Shown piece after piece: positions 37,901 through 46,667 of a stretch of 64,000 nt of DNA (position 1 is its first letter; each line of letters begins with the position of its first letter). The position numbers and the translations under genes were made by a program. The notes under the pieces were generated by a model. The model saw nothing but the letters and a program-made list of their open reading frames with translations. It did no database searches and was not told the DNA's origin. This stretch comes from Candidatus Cloacimonadales bacterium (lineage in GTDB: Bacteria; Cloacimonadota; Cloacimonadia; Cloacimonadales; JAIOQZ01), in assembly GCA_963665815.1 (NCBI GenBank), contig OY762463.1, forward strand, positions 2,080,001 through 2,144,000, read 5' to 3'.

Positions 37901-40104
37901 GGATCTCGATTTACATAAGTTCCACTACTGTCCCAATAATTTAGTCTAGTAAAAGCAAATGTGAGTTTGGCTTTATCAGTTGTATCCCTATGATCTCTGA
38001 AATGAGTGTTTTCTGAAGGTTCAAACGGATAGGTAACTTTATATGCATCATAAACTCCATCCCCTGTAGTGTCTACTAACTTCCATTTAAGGGTAGTGCT
38101 GAAGCCATCAACTGTTGAAGAAACTTTCTTATCTGTTCGAAGTCCATCAATATTCGTTGAGAATTCTGCATAGTGAGTTGCAGTTTCTATACTCTTCAGA
38201 TAAACTCGTTGTGAATATCCTTCAGATGCGGATTCATTTTCCTTATTTTTACTGTCTACTGTATAAGTTACATCACTAGTGCCATCCCAGTACGGAGTTC
38301 TCCAAGGAAGTATTTTGTCTTTTTCGTAATTGAATTTCACCCAGAATCCCCAGTCATCTTCTGAGAGTCCGTCGACCCCCCTGTCCAGATAATCCGGACC
38401 TTTAATTGCTGTCAGCATCCAGGAAGTAGCATAAGGAGTTATCATCAGACTCTCATCATATACCTGATCTCCTTCTCCTCTGTTACGGTATACTACAGTT
38501 TTCGAAGAGAAGGAAAATGTTGGTTGAAAGAACTCATATATCTTGCCATCATCAGCAATAATCCTGAAACCCAGTAATTGTCCAGTACAAAGATCTATCG
38601 CTGGATATATTTTTTTGCTTCCGTAATAGTCATCTCCAATCTGCTCTGCCCAAGGATCAGCATTTCCATCTTCTCCAGCAATAGCATTACCGCCTTTATC
38701 CCCATCAAATCTGAAGTAGATCTCTCCGGAACCTTCAGTCATGGATGCTTCAATAAATCCTTCAGGTCCCAAGAACTCATAGTAACCTGTATCATCATCA
38801 TCAATGTCATATACTTTATACGGGTGCTTAAAATATGGTTTGAAATTGCCGTTAATCCCCTGAACTGAGATCTGATATTGATCTGTCGAAGGTAACATTG
38901 TGTTATACCTATAAAGAGGAGTATCAATTATATTATTCCAAAGATCAAAGAGCTCCTTGTCTAACAATGTGTTACATACTACAGATCTTTCCATGCGGAT
39001 TTCGTCAAAAATACATTGTCCGTTCCCTTCAGTAGACCCATAAGAAAAGGCAGGATAATCTTCTTTTATATCTCCTACAACATTGTCATCAACGTTCCAC
39101 ATTCGATGTACACCATTATACCATTGAATACCAGAATTACTTAAATTATACAGACTATATTGGTGAAGAAGTCCAAATGGAGCCGCATATTCTTCTTCAT
39201 GCAGCCACCATTCCCATTCGTATGAACCAAAATTAAGAGAAAGCCCGGGAACAAATGGAATTGGAATAGAAAAATTTCTGCTGGAAAATTTAGTGTTCCC
39301 TTTTGTTGAAAGATTTGTCTGACTTTGAGCTCCATGTCCTGCAACTGAGAACGAAGCTCCATTTCCACCTGACCCAAATGAGACTCCAGCTAAGCTGAAA
39401 TTATCTGCTTTGGGATTACTGCTTTCTGCAAACAAATTTGCTCCGGCAGAGGCTGAAGTTTTACCATCAAATCCTAAATGAACACTTCCTCCAACAGATA
39501 CTCCAATCCCGGAATCTCCTGCTGCAGACATTCCAAGCCCGAGGCTCATTCCTTGAGTACCAATGCTGGCATTTACACCTACAGGTCCTATACTTGTCGG
39601 AACACCAGCTAACTGCAACAAACCACTAACACTAAGAGATGCATTGACACCACCAAATCCGGTCTGACTATCAAAAGACATACTCATTCCTACCGGACCA
39701 TAACTTATACCGAGAGATAAACCTTTCCCCTTCTGTTTTTTTGCATCAACTTCAGAATAAGTTCTCCCTGCAAAATAATCATCAGGATAACCATTCATGA
39801 ATCTGTTTATAGAACCGGGGTTCAGTGTCCAGCCAAGACCAACCCAGGTTGCCTCTGTATTAGGACCAATCCCTGCATGGTAGCTCATATTTATTGGCCA
39901 GTTTCCTTCGGGACCAGGCACTTCCAGTAGCGGTATATTATAATTAAAATTTCCATTGGCAAGACTGACCATGTCGGACGTGTCTACCGGCTCAAACTGA
40001 GCTGCCTCAGGCTGGGTCGGTGCTTCTCCGGCGTGTAGGAACACCGGAAGTATTGTATTTAACAGCAGAATTGCTGTAATGAATATTGAAAGTTTTCTAT
40101 TCAT
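34939..40104 (-). CDS. Signal-peptide YD-repeat protein, SpvB/TcB-like partner chain
   Basis: MVSLANGNFNYNIPLL..WVGLGWTLNPGSINR; carbohydrate-binding-like domain near the C-terminus; ends FDEIRIHPKDA..YDEMGRL. Confidence 0.85.
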   Translation of the reverse strand: MNRKLSIFITAILLLNTILPVFLHAGEAPTQPEAAQFEPVDTSDMVSLANGNFNYNIPLLEVPGPEGNWPINMSYHAGIGPNTEATWVGLGWTLNPGSINRFMNGYPDDYFAGRTYSEVDAKKQKGKGLSLGISYGPVGMSMSFDSQTGFGGVNASLSVSGLLQLAGVPTSIGPVGVNASIGTQGMSLGLGMSAAGDSGIGVSVGGSVHLGFDGKTSASAGANLFAESSNPKADNFSLAGVSFGSGGNGASFSVAGHGAQSQTNLSTKGNTKFSSRNFSIPIPFVPGLSLNFGSYEWEWWLHEEEYAAPFGLLHQYSLYNLSNSGIQWYNGVHRMWNVDDNVVGDIKEDYPAFSYGSTEGNGQCIFDEIRMERSVVCNTLLDKELFDLWNNIIDTPLYRYNTMLPSTDQYQISVQGINGNFKPYFKHPYKVYDIDDDDTGYYEFLGPEGFIEASMTEGSGEIYFRFDGDKGGNAIAGEDGNADPWAEQIGDDYYGSKKIYPAIDLCTGQLLGFRIIADDGKIYEFFQPTFSFSSKTVVYRNRGEGDQVYDESLMITPYATSWMLTAIKGPDYLDRGVDGLSEDDWGFWVKFNYEKDKILPWRTPYWDGTSDVTYTVDSKNKENESASEGYSQRVYLKSIETATHYAEFSTNIDGLRTDKKVSSTVDGFSTTLKWKLVDTTGDGVYDAYKVTYPFEPSENTHFRDHRDTTDKAKLTFAFTRLNYWDSSGTYVNRDPDINNDVYERKINYEYEYEESQLVNDSPDDGICTQIIPLSVFGIGTPHNVHLRALTFQLFKPTSEPMFDEDITYSARKLDKIRLYNKNYINTSLKGIDFSYDYSLQQGAPNADTGKLTLRSIKKTGLNGSLNTLPSTKFYYGFNPDWSEFTWDMWGGYTSIGEKEIHTNAQIKEIADRDASAWLLNKIVSPTGAVTEIEYESDLIKKLGSGDNIANFTFSTFTHDYENRYNYHPTTLPQWGIVPTSDFYSLSENLDSLATIYNDYSQNYNDDAPFCLFRPVIEGWGTTEVNFNYSFIPVTIDFSNTASEYVILDTEIRYYAYSGIGFTLGYGIAPEFMYGGGHRIRSITLYNAGEISKTNYNYGNGVLSCFPEVIKHELHEDMKYFDYRLSLTGDGHYAYSKPYIDNNIQGIGLNLLGPSPGVFYDNVEVSETSISNGVETLSLNGKTVYEFYTPEDLPYVDDVSHQRAGDDANVWINNRTGVYGRMRSIKTYAEKPDGTFQPITTTEYEYSTNGLIGAKSYIRGELNPHTYELGMTSQRFYTKESSSSPDVRVHIWENNVFENSITTTVNHLDADYNVSGTTVTVQKNEAYDALSGKVIITSRENSKGNKLYKEIIPAYWHYPEMENKNMLTQEACKKEYSIPPTETMDFFDIRAYESNNWINEYLTYAEVTTWKDWTPEYLNTSPKGIYRKNDVYKYVGGKFDYEEFDFQNNPEEDLVQNGKWERMSNIEAFDNFGHAIDVVDSREVHSSTIYDVTSMNVIATVDNAEYLEAFACGFEQDDLINFQNLHPNNITSEPDEVKVGQRGIKLTELWDGLDYDKEIRSTMGFNISNPHVFKPNKTYVASIWFKAEPGCNGQFMYGENRYYGLIESHPCYGSGEWELHEIEFEISQENGPMQFWLRFQSNTNNDPDGYVLFDEIRIHPKDAAMTTYTYDDLTGKLIAITDENRLSISFEYDEMGRLIRTRDDEGNIISESEYEYSRGKGN

Positions 40105-40114
40105 AAAATTTCTC

Positions 40115-40819
40115 CTAAAAATAGTTTAGAATAACTTTTTTGTGTGGAACAGGATTCTTAAAAGTTATTGTACCTGTGTGTAATCCAAATTCCTTTATAT
40201 AAAGAGTAATGTCGTTTTGATCTAATAGTTTTACGTTGTTAAACTCAATTGGGAACGAAAACAGGAATGTCCTGCTCTTTGCCATTCCAAAGTTTCTATC
40301 CATATTATACAAACTTAGCTTCACTTTTCCGCTTTTTTCTGTATGTAGAAATACGTATTGATTCATTGAGAAAAGCAGTTTATTCAGCCATTCGTAGTAG
40401 GGAGTACGTCCTCCCTGCATTGTAGTAAAAACTATATCCTGGTCATCGTTTTCAAAACCGATTGTCAGTTTGAAAAAAATTGATTTATCATAGTTAATCC
40501 TGCTTTTAACAGCTTCTTCCTTTATGTCTGCAATTCTTTCATCGTATTTCTCCCGGGTGATTGTCGAATCCCTCAGAGCATCATCAATCTCAGCTATGGA
40601 ATACTTATACTCATTTACAAGCATCATATCCGTTGGAAGATACTGCAGTTTAAGTTTGAAGCCTTTTTTTGTTATTTTCTGAGCATAACCGGATTTTTCA
40701 CTGTAAAAGTAGTTTTCATACTCCTTCAATGAATCAATTTTTTTTGTACACCCGGTTATCAGCAATATAGCAATAAGGCAGATAACCTTGAGAAATAATC
40801 TAGAATCTACTGTTTGCAT
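40115..40819 (-). CDS. Lipoprotein of unknown function
   Basis: Lipobox ..ILLITG|C; overlaps the Skp-like gene. Confidence 0.75.
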   Translation of the reverse strand: MQTVDSRLFLKVICLIAILLITGCTKKIDSLKEYENYFYSEKSGYAQKITKKGFKLKLQYLPTDMMLVNEYKYSIAEIDDALRDSTITREKYDERIADIKEEAVKSRINYDKSIFFKLTIGFENDDQDIVFTTMQGGRTPYYEWLNKLLFSMNQYVFLHTEKSGKVKLSLYNMDRNFGMAKSRTFLFSFPIEFNNVKLLDQNDITLYIKEFGLHTGTITFKNPVPHKKVILNYF

Positions 40820-41318
40820 ATTTTATAAAATCTGTTGTAATATCTACTTTTCTGTTAGCATGAAGGATATTCCCTCCGGAAACAGTACCAAAAATAATAT
40901 CATAGCCTTTCTTTTCTCCGAATTCTTCCAGAAGGGAGTTCAGTTCATCATAAACCGGCTGCATTAAATCATTTTCAAGCTTAGATGCTTTATCCTCAAT
41001 TGCTCTTCTGTATTTTGCATATTCGCGTCCCTTCTTATCAAGATCTTTCTTTTTATCTGCGAGTTTTTTCTTACCCCATTTGGAACCGTCTGCAACAATC
41101 TCTTCATTCATTTTATTTAATTCAGTTTCCAGGACCTGAATATTCTCTGTCCAGGCATTACTTTTGGTCTCGAAATCCTCTCTAGCTTTTATTGCACCAT
41201 TATATTTCTCCAGCATTACAGAAGAATCAATATATCTGATCTTTGGACTGTTTAAGTATGTATATGCCGAAAAAGCGATTGCTATTACTGCCAGAATTAT
41301 TGCTATGATATTTTTCAT
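40800..41318 (-). CDS. OmpH/Skp-family periplasmic chaperone
   Basis: KIRYIDS, coiled coil, GYDIIF..ILHA..VDIT. Confidence 0.85.
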   Translation of the reverse strand: MKNIIAIILAVIAIAFSAYTYLNSPKIRYIDSSVMLEKYNGAIKAREDFETKSNAWTENIQVLETELNKMNEEIVADGSKWGKKKLADKKKDLDKKGREYAKYRRAIEDKASKLENDLMQPVYDELNSLLEEFGEKKGYDIIFGTVSGGNILHANRKVDITTDFIKYANSRF

Positions 41319-41328
41319 TTATTATCCT

Positions 41329-42432
41329 TTACTGATTATTTTCTTTCAACTCATTAATTTCTTTTTTGAGTTCAATTACGTATAGTGTTAATTCTTCTAT
41401 CTTTTTAAGGAGAACAGCCTGATTATCCCCAACATTAAGTCCTTCCTTACTAACTTGATCTGCAGAAGGAACATCAGGTAAATGATTATTTTCAGCTATG
41501 AACTGCTCAAGTTCTTCCAGAGATTTGAGTTTGTAGTCATCTTTGAAAACATAATCCGGCCAGTATGTACTGTCAAAAGTCTCAACTCTTAACTGGCTTG
41601 CTACAACCTTACCTTTATAATGGAATGTCGGTTCGAAATCAGCTAAAAATCCAAGACTTTCAGTTTCCTGATTATCGTACCTTTGGGCAAATGTTTTTAA
41701 AACAAGTTCAAGTTTATTCGTTGTTTCATTATATGAACAGTCTTGAGTACTTGAAACCTGTATTGAACTGTAGAGAGTTTCAACACTTGTGGGTCTAGTG
41801 AGAGTAAATGTTGTGACTTTATTATTGTATTCATTTTTTAAATTTGTAGTTATAGAATAATTGGGAGAAGACTGAAATGTGTCTTTTTTCTCAAAAATCA
41901 ATCCGCTGCCATCCAAAGAAGTTCTGCAATAATCAGAATTACTTTGCGTAGTATTAAACAAAATTTTATTTTTGTCAAAAGTTGAATAAACTGTGTTAGC
42001 AGATCCATTATCGAATGACAAGTATGTCCCAGTTAAGGCGGATTTCGGTACAACTGTTGAACCTACATTTGTGTCCCAGTCACCTATCACTAAACCACCT
42101 GGGAAAAACTCCATTGATGATTTGACACAACTGGCATCTTCATCCCAGAAACCTACTGATAATTGATTTAGATTATCATGAAAGAAACCACATTGTCTAT
42201 CTCCTTCATTATACCATCCAAACTTCAATCGACTTGCATTAAACAAACCATATCTTTTTTCTGAAGTAACAATTTCTTCTGTAACTTTGAAGTTACCTTT
42301 TGTTTCTAGTTTCTCTGTCGGATCCTCAATCCCAATGCCTAATTTCCCATTAATAGTTAAATTCTCAGGATCATCTGCAAATAGCGCGATAGTCACTAAC
42401 ATTAACATTCCTAATAAAACACTTTTTTTCAT
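41329..42432 (-). CDS. Exported fibre/chaperone-like WPDYVF protein (paralogue 2)
   Basis: Highly similar to 13787-14890 over the first ~143 aa and the last ~95 aa; the middle shows no evident similarity. Confidence 0.75.
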   Translation of the reverse strand: MKKSVLLGMLMLVTIALFADDPENLTINGKLGIGIEDPTEKLETKGNFKVTEEIVTSEKRYGLFNASRLKFGWYNEGDRQCGFFHDNLNQLSVGFWDEDASCVKSSMEFFPGGLVIGDWDTNVGSTVVPKSALTGTYLSFDNGSANTVYSTFDKNKILFNTTQSNSDYCRTSLDGSGLIFEKKDTFQSSPNYSITTNLKNEYNNKVTTFTLTRPTSVETLYSSIQVSSTQDCSYNETTNKLELVLKTFAQRYDNQETESLGFLADFEPTFHYKGKVVASQLRVETFDSTYWPDYVFKDDYKLKSLEELEQFIAENNHLPDVPSADQVSKEGLNVGDNQAVLLKKIEELTLYVIELKKEINELKENNQ

Positions 42433-42624
42433 TTTTCCTCCAATTATTTTATATGTTGATTATTATATCTAATTAATTTTCCTCTACATAATTATTGCCA
42501 CTCTATATATCACCAATACAAGACATTGAATATACATTAAGTGTGTCAATAAATTTTGAGAAAAATGTTTACAACAAAATCTCTTCAACTTTTGTTGCAA
42601 AAAGCTTAATTTCAGGAGGAATAG

Positions 42625-44277
42625 ATGAGGAAGATACTTTTATTAATTGGTTTATCATTATTTTCAATAATACTAAATGCACAATACTTTTACGAGTGGG
42701 AATGGGTGCGAACGGCAGGTAGTACATATGGAGACGGAGCAATGTTTATTGATAGATCTTTTAATGGAGGCAATGCTATAGGGGGACTATGTTATAATGG
42801 TTGTAATTTTGGTGTCTATACTGCTTCTGGACAATCAACATCATATAAGGGGTATTTTATATCAACAATAAACTCTAATGGTACTTTTACAAGTTTAACA
42901 CATTCAGATTTCACTGATGAATGTCAAATTTTAGCATCAGCAGAAGACTCTGTTGGAAACAGAGTGTATATTGGGACATTTATGGATGAATTGTACATGG
43001 GTTCTCATCATGTTGTTTCTGTCGGAGCCCATAATACGTTTATTGCAAAACGGAGCGCAAATGGAAGCTGGTTGTGGTTAACCTCAATTCAAAGTTCAGA
43101 TACCGTAGTTCCCCATTCAGTAGATATTGACAGCGCAGGTAGAGTTTATGTATCCGGAGAATATCGTGATGATGCTTTGTTTGGACAATATTCGGTGAGT
43201 ATTTCTGGGGAGGATGACGGCTTTGTCGCATGTCTGGATTCTGCAGGTAATTTCCAATGGGTTAAAACATGTAGCGGAACTAACTATGATGAAGCTAATA
43301 AGATCATGGTGCATAATAATAGAATATATCATGTAGGATTCTTTATTGAGGCAGCACAAGTATTCGGTCAACCACTTACAGCTTCTCCGGGACCCTGTAA
43401 TTCTTATATTGCCTGCTTTGACACTCTGGGGAATGTTGTCAGTTTAGACCAGATACCTGGAAACAATATTGTAAAAGATTTTGCTTTCACGGATGATAAT
43501 GATTTATATATTCTTGGAGAATTCTATCAATCATTTACTCTTGACAATCATACTGTGACTTCGAATGGATTGTGGGATATTTTTGTGGCAAAATTAGATT
43601 CCACTGGAACATGCAGATGGTTAAAATCTGAAGGCTCAAGCGGTACTGAACATGTATATGAAATGGAATGTTATAATAATAGGATCTTTATAACTGGACA
43701 TTTAGAAGGTAGGACATACTTTGATAATTATATGGTTTTTTGCTCTTCCCAAAGAGAAAGTTTTGTGGCTGAAATTGATTCTTTATCCAGCTGGAAGTGG
43801 GTAAGAAGTTTGCAGAGTACGAATGATACATTTATAAGATCCATTTACGTTGCTGGTGATAATGAAATCTATGTTGCCGGTTCTTTTCTAGGAGATCTGG
43901 AGGTTGGAAATCAAGTAATTGCCAACAATGGTAGCTATGATATTCTAATAGCTAAGCTCTCTGATCCTTATCATTCAACCGACGACAACACCATAACCTA
44001 CGAACCGATATCTATCACAAACTACCCAAATCCGTTCAATCCGGAAACAACAATTGAGTATTCATTGAATAAACAAAGCAATGTAGAACTTACAGTTTAT
44101 AACATCAAAGGGCAGAAAGTAAAAACTCTCGTATCGGGCACAAAAGATCAGGGATTGCAGAAAGTAATCTGGAAAGGTGACGACAGCTCCGGACATAAAG
44201 TCGGTTCCGGGGTTTATTTTTATGTACTCAAAACACCAGACTCTACGATATCAAAGAAGATGCTGCTTCTGAAATAA
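42625..44277 (+). CDS. Secreted beta-propeller (SBBP-like repeats) with C-terminal FlgD-Ig/sorting-type domain
   Basis: Repeats such as DIFVAKLDSTG..W; C-terminal NYPNPFNPETTI..YNIKGQKVKTL..SGVYFY..KKMLLLK. Confidence 0.85.
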   Translation: MRKILLLIGLSLFSIILNAQYFYEWEWVRTAGSTYGDGAMFIDRSFNGGNAIGGLCYNGCNFGVYTASGQSTSYKGYFISTINSNGTFTSLTHSDFTDECQILASAEDSVGNRVYIGTFMDELYMGSHHVVSVGAHNTFIAKRSANGSWLWLTSIQSSDTVVPHSVDIDSAGRVYVSGEYRDDALFGQYSVSISGEDDGFVACLDSAGNFQWVKTCSGTNYDEANKIMVHNNRIYHVGFFIEAAQVFGQPLTASPGPCNSYIACFDTLGNVVSLDQIPGNNIVKDFAFTDDNDLYILGEFYQSFTLDNHTVTSNGLWDIFVAKLDSTGTCRWLKSEGSSGTEHVYEMECYNNRIFITGHLEGRTYFDNYMVFCSSQRESFVAEIDSLSSWKWVRSLQSTNDTFIRSIYVAGDNEIYVAGSFLGDLEVGNQVIANNGSYDILIAKLSDPYHSTDDNTITYEPISITNYPNPFNPETTIEYSLNKQSNVELTVYNIKGQKVKTLVSGTKDQGLQKVIWKGDDSSGHKVGSGVYFYVLKTPDSTISKKMLLLK

Positions 44278-44296
44278 ATATTTGAACTGAAATCAC

Positions 44297-44370
44297 CCTT
44301 CGACTCCGCTCAATGAACTTAATATACTGTTATTCTTTGCTTTACAAGCTCCCTGAGCGGAGTCGAAGGG
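44297..44370. repeat. REP-like inverted repeat between convergent genes
   Basis: CCCTTCGACTCCGCTCA ... TGAGCGGAGTCGAAGGG. Confidence 0.75.
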
Positions 44371-44653
44371 AATACTTTTATTGCTGAAAAATCAATAAAC
44401 CATAGTAAAATATATAGATGTATCTCTTCACCCATCCTTTAAATCTTAGCGATATGAACACTGAAGCTGACAAGGCAACTAACATAGACATATACACTAG
44501 TAAATCAGCAAAATCTTGATTATCAAACCAGTAACAATGAAAAGAGGTATACTATGTAGTAAGAATAACTTGATCCTTCTATAAATCTCCATTTTCTGCC
44601 TCCTGACGTAGATAATATAAGACATTGTTCCAAGGATAGAAATAAAAATTATA

Positions 44654-45285
44654 TTAATCGATTCTTAATTGATGTTTAGCATCATAGTAATTAAACTTGC
44701 CAGGTAATTTTTCTCCTGAATATTCTAATAGAGATTCATTGAATGAATTACTATTAACATTGAAACCTGAATTAACGCGACCAATTGGTACTAAATTCTG
44801 TAGTTCGTTTGGGTACGTTACAGGATCATCGGGATTATCAGGCAATGCCACAGTAAATTGATGTCTTCCATAAAAAGTAATTGGATTTTTTCCTTTTTTA
44901 ACGTTTAAACCTCTAGCTCCTGTGAATATTTCTTGTCCATCCGGATCTACAAATATAATTGGATTATTTGCACAGTATGCAAAAGGGCTACTCAATTCAT
45001 CTGCAGGATCAGGAGATGTCCAACGTGCAATCTGAGGGTCGTAATAACGTGCGCCGTAATGGTACCAAAGAGCTCGTAGCCGCAGGCGAGAGTCTCACCT
45101 CCGAAATTCGTAGGATGTAATCCGAGAATCATAGGAGGTACATTATTCTCATCTTCGTATTCCTTATTGTTGTAAAGGAATTTATTGGATTTATCTCCAT
45201 TATTAGAGGATAATCCTCCAAGTCTCATTCCAAACGGATAGTAGTGGTCTTCCTGGACTTTTAAAGCTGTGTTTCCCAGATACAA
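44654..45285 (-). pseudogene. Orphan RHS stub plus short or decayed tip (cassette E), frameshifted at the hairpin insertion
   Basis: QEDHYYPFG..NNKEYEDENN in one frame; WYHYGARYYDPQIARW..NPIIFVDPDG in another. Confidence 0.8.
45070..45138 (+). repeat. GNA/GA hairpin element, 2 units
   Basis: GAGCTC-GTA-GCC-GCA-GGC-GA-GAGTCTC / ATTC-GTA-GGAT-GTA-ATCC-GA-GAAT (compensatory ATTC/GAAT). Confidence 0.9.
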
Positions 45286-45344
45286 TCCATCCTCCTTACT
45301 CCATAATATGGCAAAATTGAGCTCATTAGTAGTAAATGGTCAAG
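45281..45344 (-). promoter_or_regulatory. Repeated cassette leader E
   Basis: CTTGACC..TGCCATATTATGGAGTAAGGAGGATGGATTG (TTG at 45285). Confidence 0.75.
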
Positions 45345-45363
45345 AAAATTATGGTTCAGACAG

Positions 45364-45390
45364 AAAAAGCCAGAAAACGTGTTTCTGGCT
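45364..45390 (-). terminator. Repeated cassette terminator, copy 5
   Basis: AGCCAGAAA-ACGTG-TTTCTGGCT. Confidence 0.75.
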
Positions 45391-45415
45391 ATATATATTT
45401 TTTGCAAGAGTTGAA

Positions 45416-46591
45416 CTACTTTTTCTGTTCTTTCAAGTATTTTTCTTTAAGTTCAAGCAATGCTTCTTTTTCTCCCTTCTCATAGAATCTATAATCCAGC
45501 CAATAGTCCCAGTCTCCTGTAAATGTTGAAAAATCCGTTAAAGCTCTTTTAAACCATTTCATAGCCTCTTCTTCATTATTTATGCTATAATTTAAGTAGG
45601 CAAGATGCATAAACATTCTTTCATAATTCTGAAAATAAGTCTTTTTTTTATTGTAACTTTCATCTAAATCTTTCACCAGCTTTGTTATGCAATTTTCTGT
45701 ATTAATAGTCTTACGCAGTAATCTGCTTTCAATAGTTCTATCTGGACCATAATAAAGCCAAGATGTTAAAAATTCATCAATGAGAAAATCATGGGGAAAT
45801 TGAGCTTTCTTAAACTGAAGCTGCATTAAAGCAAAGAAAAATCCAAACATTCCACCATTTACTACTTCATCTTTAGGTTCAAATTGGGTTTTGAAATAGT
45901 AACTGTACATTTCAGGAAATTTGCCTAATCTTCTTAGTGTATAACATTTCATGATATTATAGAAATTAAACTCTTTAATAATTTGCAGGTTAATATTCTC
46001 TGATGAATATATTTCATCATTTTGCTTTTTTCTTAAAGCAATTGCAATTATTCTGAATCTTTCAAGCTCTTCTTCAATAACTTCATATTCTTTCATTTTT
46101 GCAAGATTGAAAAAGAAGTAACGGTATGGGACCAAATTTACTTTAAAGTACTCAGACAAAAGACTTTCTAAACTTTCATTTGATTCTTTTCCTCTTGAGA
46201 GTACATTTTTCCTAATCTCTAATAAATGAATATAGAAATACATGATATAACTTCCGGGATCATTTATGTTATGATAGTACATTTGCACATCATCAACGCC
46301 AAATTCCTCGAAACTGATAGGTTTCACTTTTAAAGTATCAATTCCTGATGCTATTAATCTATCAAGCTTGCTGTTTTCGAAAGTCAATGCTTTCTTAATA
46401 TCTGCATCTGCAATTTGATAATGTTCTATCAATGAATACATCATTTCTCTGTTAGCTTTACTATTATGTGCAAATATTTTTTTCAGTAGGTCAAAATCGT
46501 TCCCAAGATAGTCGTCTCTAATACAGTTCAGTAGAGATGAACAAGATATGATGAATATAAAAGCGACGATTTTTGTAATTTTTTTTCTCAT
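45416..46591 (-). CDS. Exported helical (TPR-like C-terminus) protein, putative immunity
   Basis: MRKKITKIVAFIFIISCSSLLNC signal-like start; HLAYLNYSINNEEEAMKWFKRAL; follows the toxin tip. Confidence 0.65.
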   Translation of the reverse strand: MRKKITKIVAFIFIISCSSLLNCIRDDYLGNDFDLLKKIFAHNSKANREMMYSLIEHYQIADADIKKALTFENSKLDRLIASGIDTLKVKPISFEEFGVDDVQMYYHNINDPGSYIMYFYIHLLEIRKNVLSRGKESNESLESLLSEYFKVNLVPYRYFFFNLAKMKEYEVIEEELERFRIIAIALRKKQNDEIYSSENINLQIIKEFNFYNIMKCYTLRRLGKFPEMYSYYFKTQFEPKDEVVNGGMFGFFFALMQLQFKKAQFPHDFLIDEFLTSWLYYGPDRTIESRLLRKTINTENCITKLVKDLDESYNKKKTYFQNYERMFMHLAYLNYSINNEEEAMKWFKRALTDFSTFTGDWDYWLDYRFYEKGEKEALLELKEKYLKEQKK

Positions 46592-46667
46592 TTCTAATCC
46601 TTTTCTATTAGAGTTTTCCTTTAAAATCATCCCAAATATTGTAATAGAAATTATCTAATCCCATTTT

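Noticed and set aside
42625-44277. T9SS as the export route for the RHS proteins
   Set aside because: Only this unrelated protein has a sorting-type C-terminal domain; the RHS chains end in toxin tips or YD repeats, and no T9SS genes are in the window.
44385-44630. Possible immunity gene after cassette E
   Set aside because: Only short hydrophobic fragments with stops in the frames checked; at best a decayed remnant.
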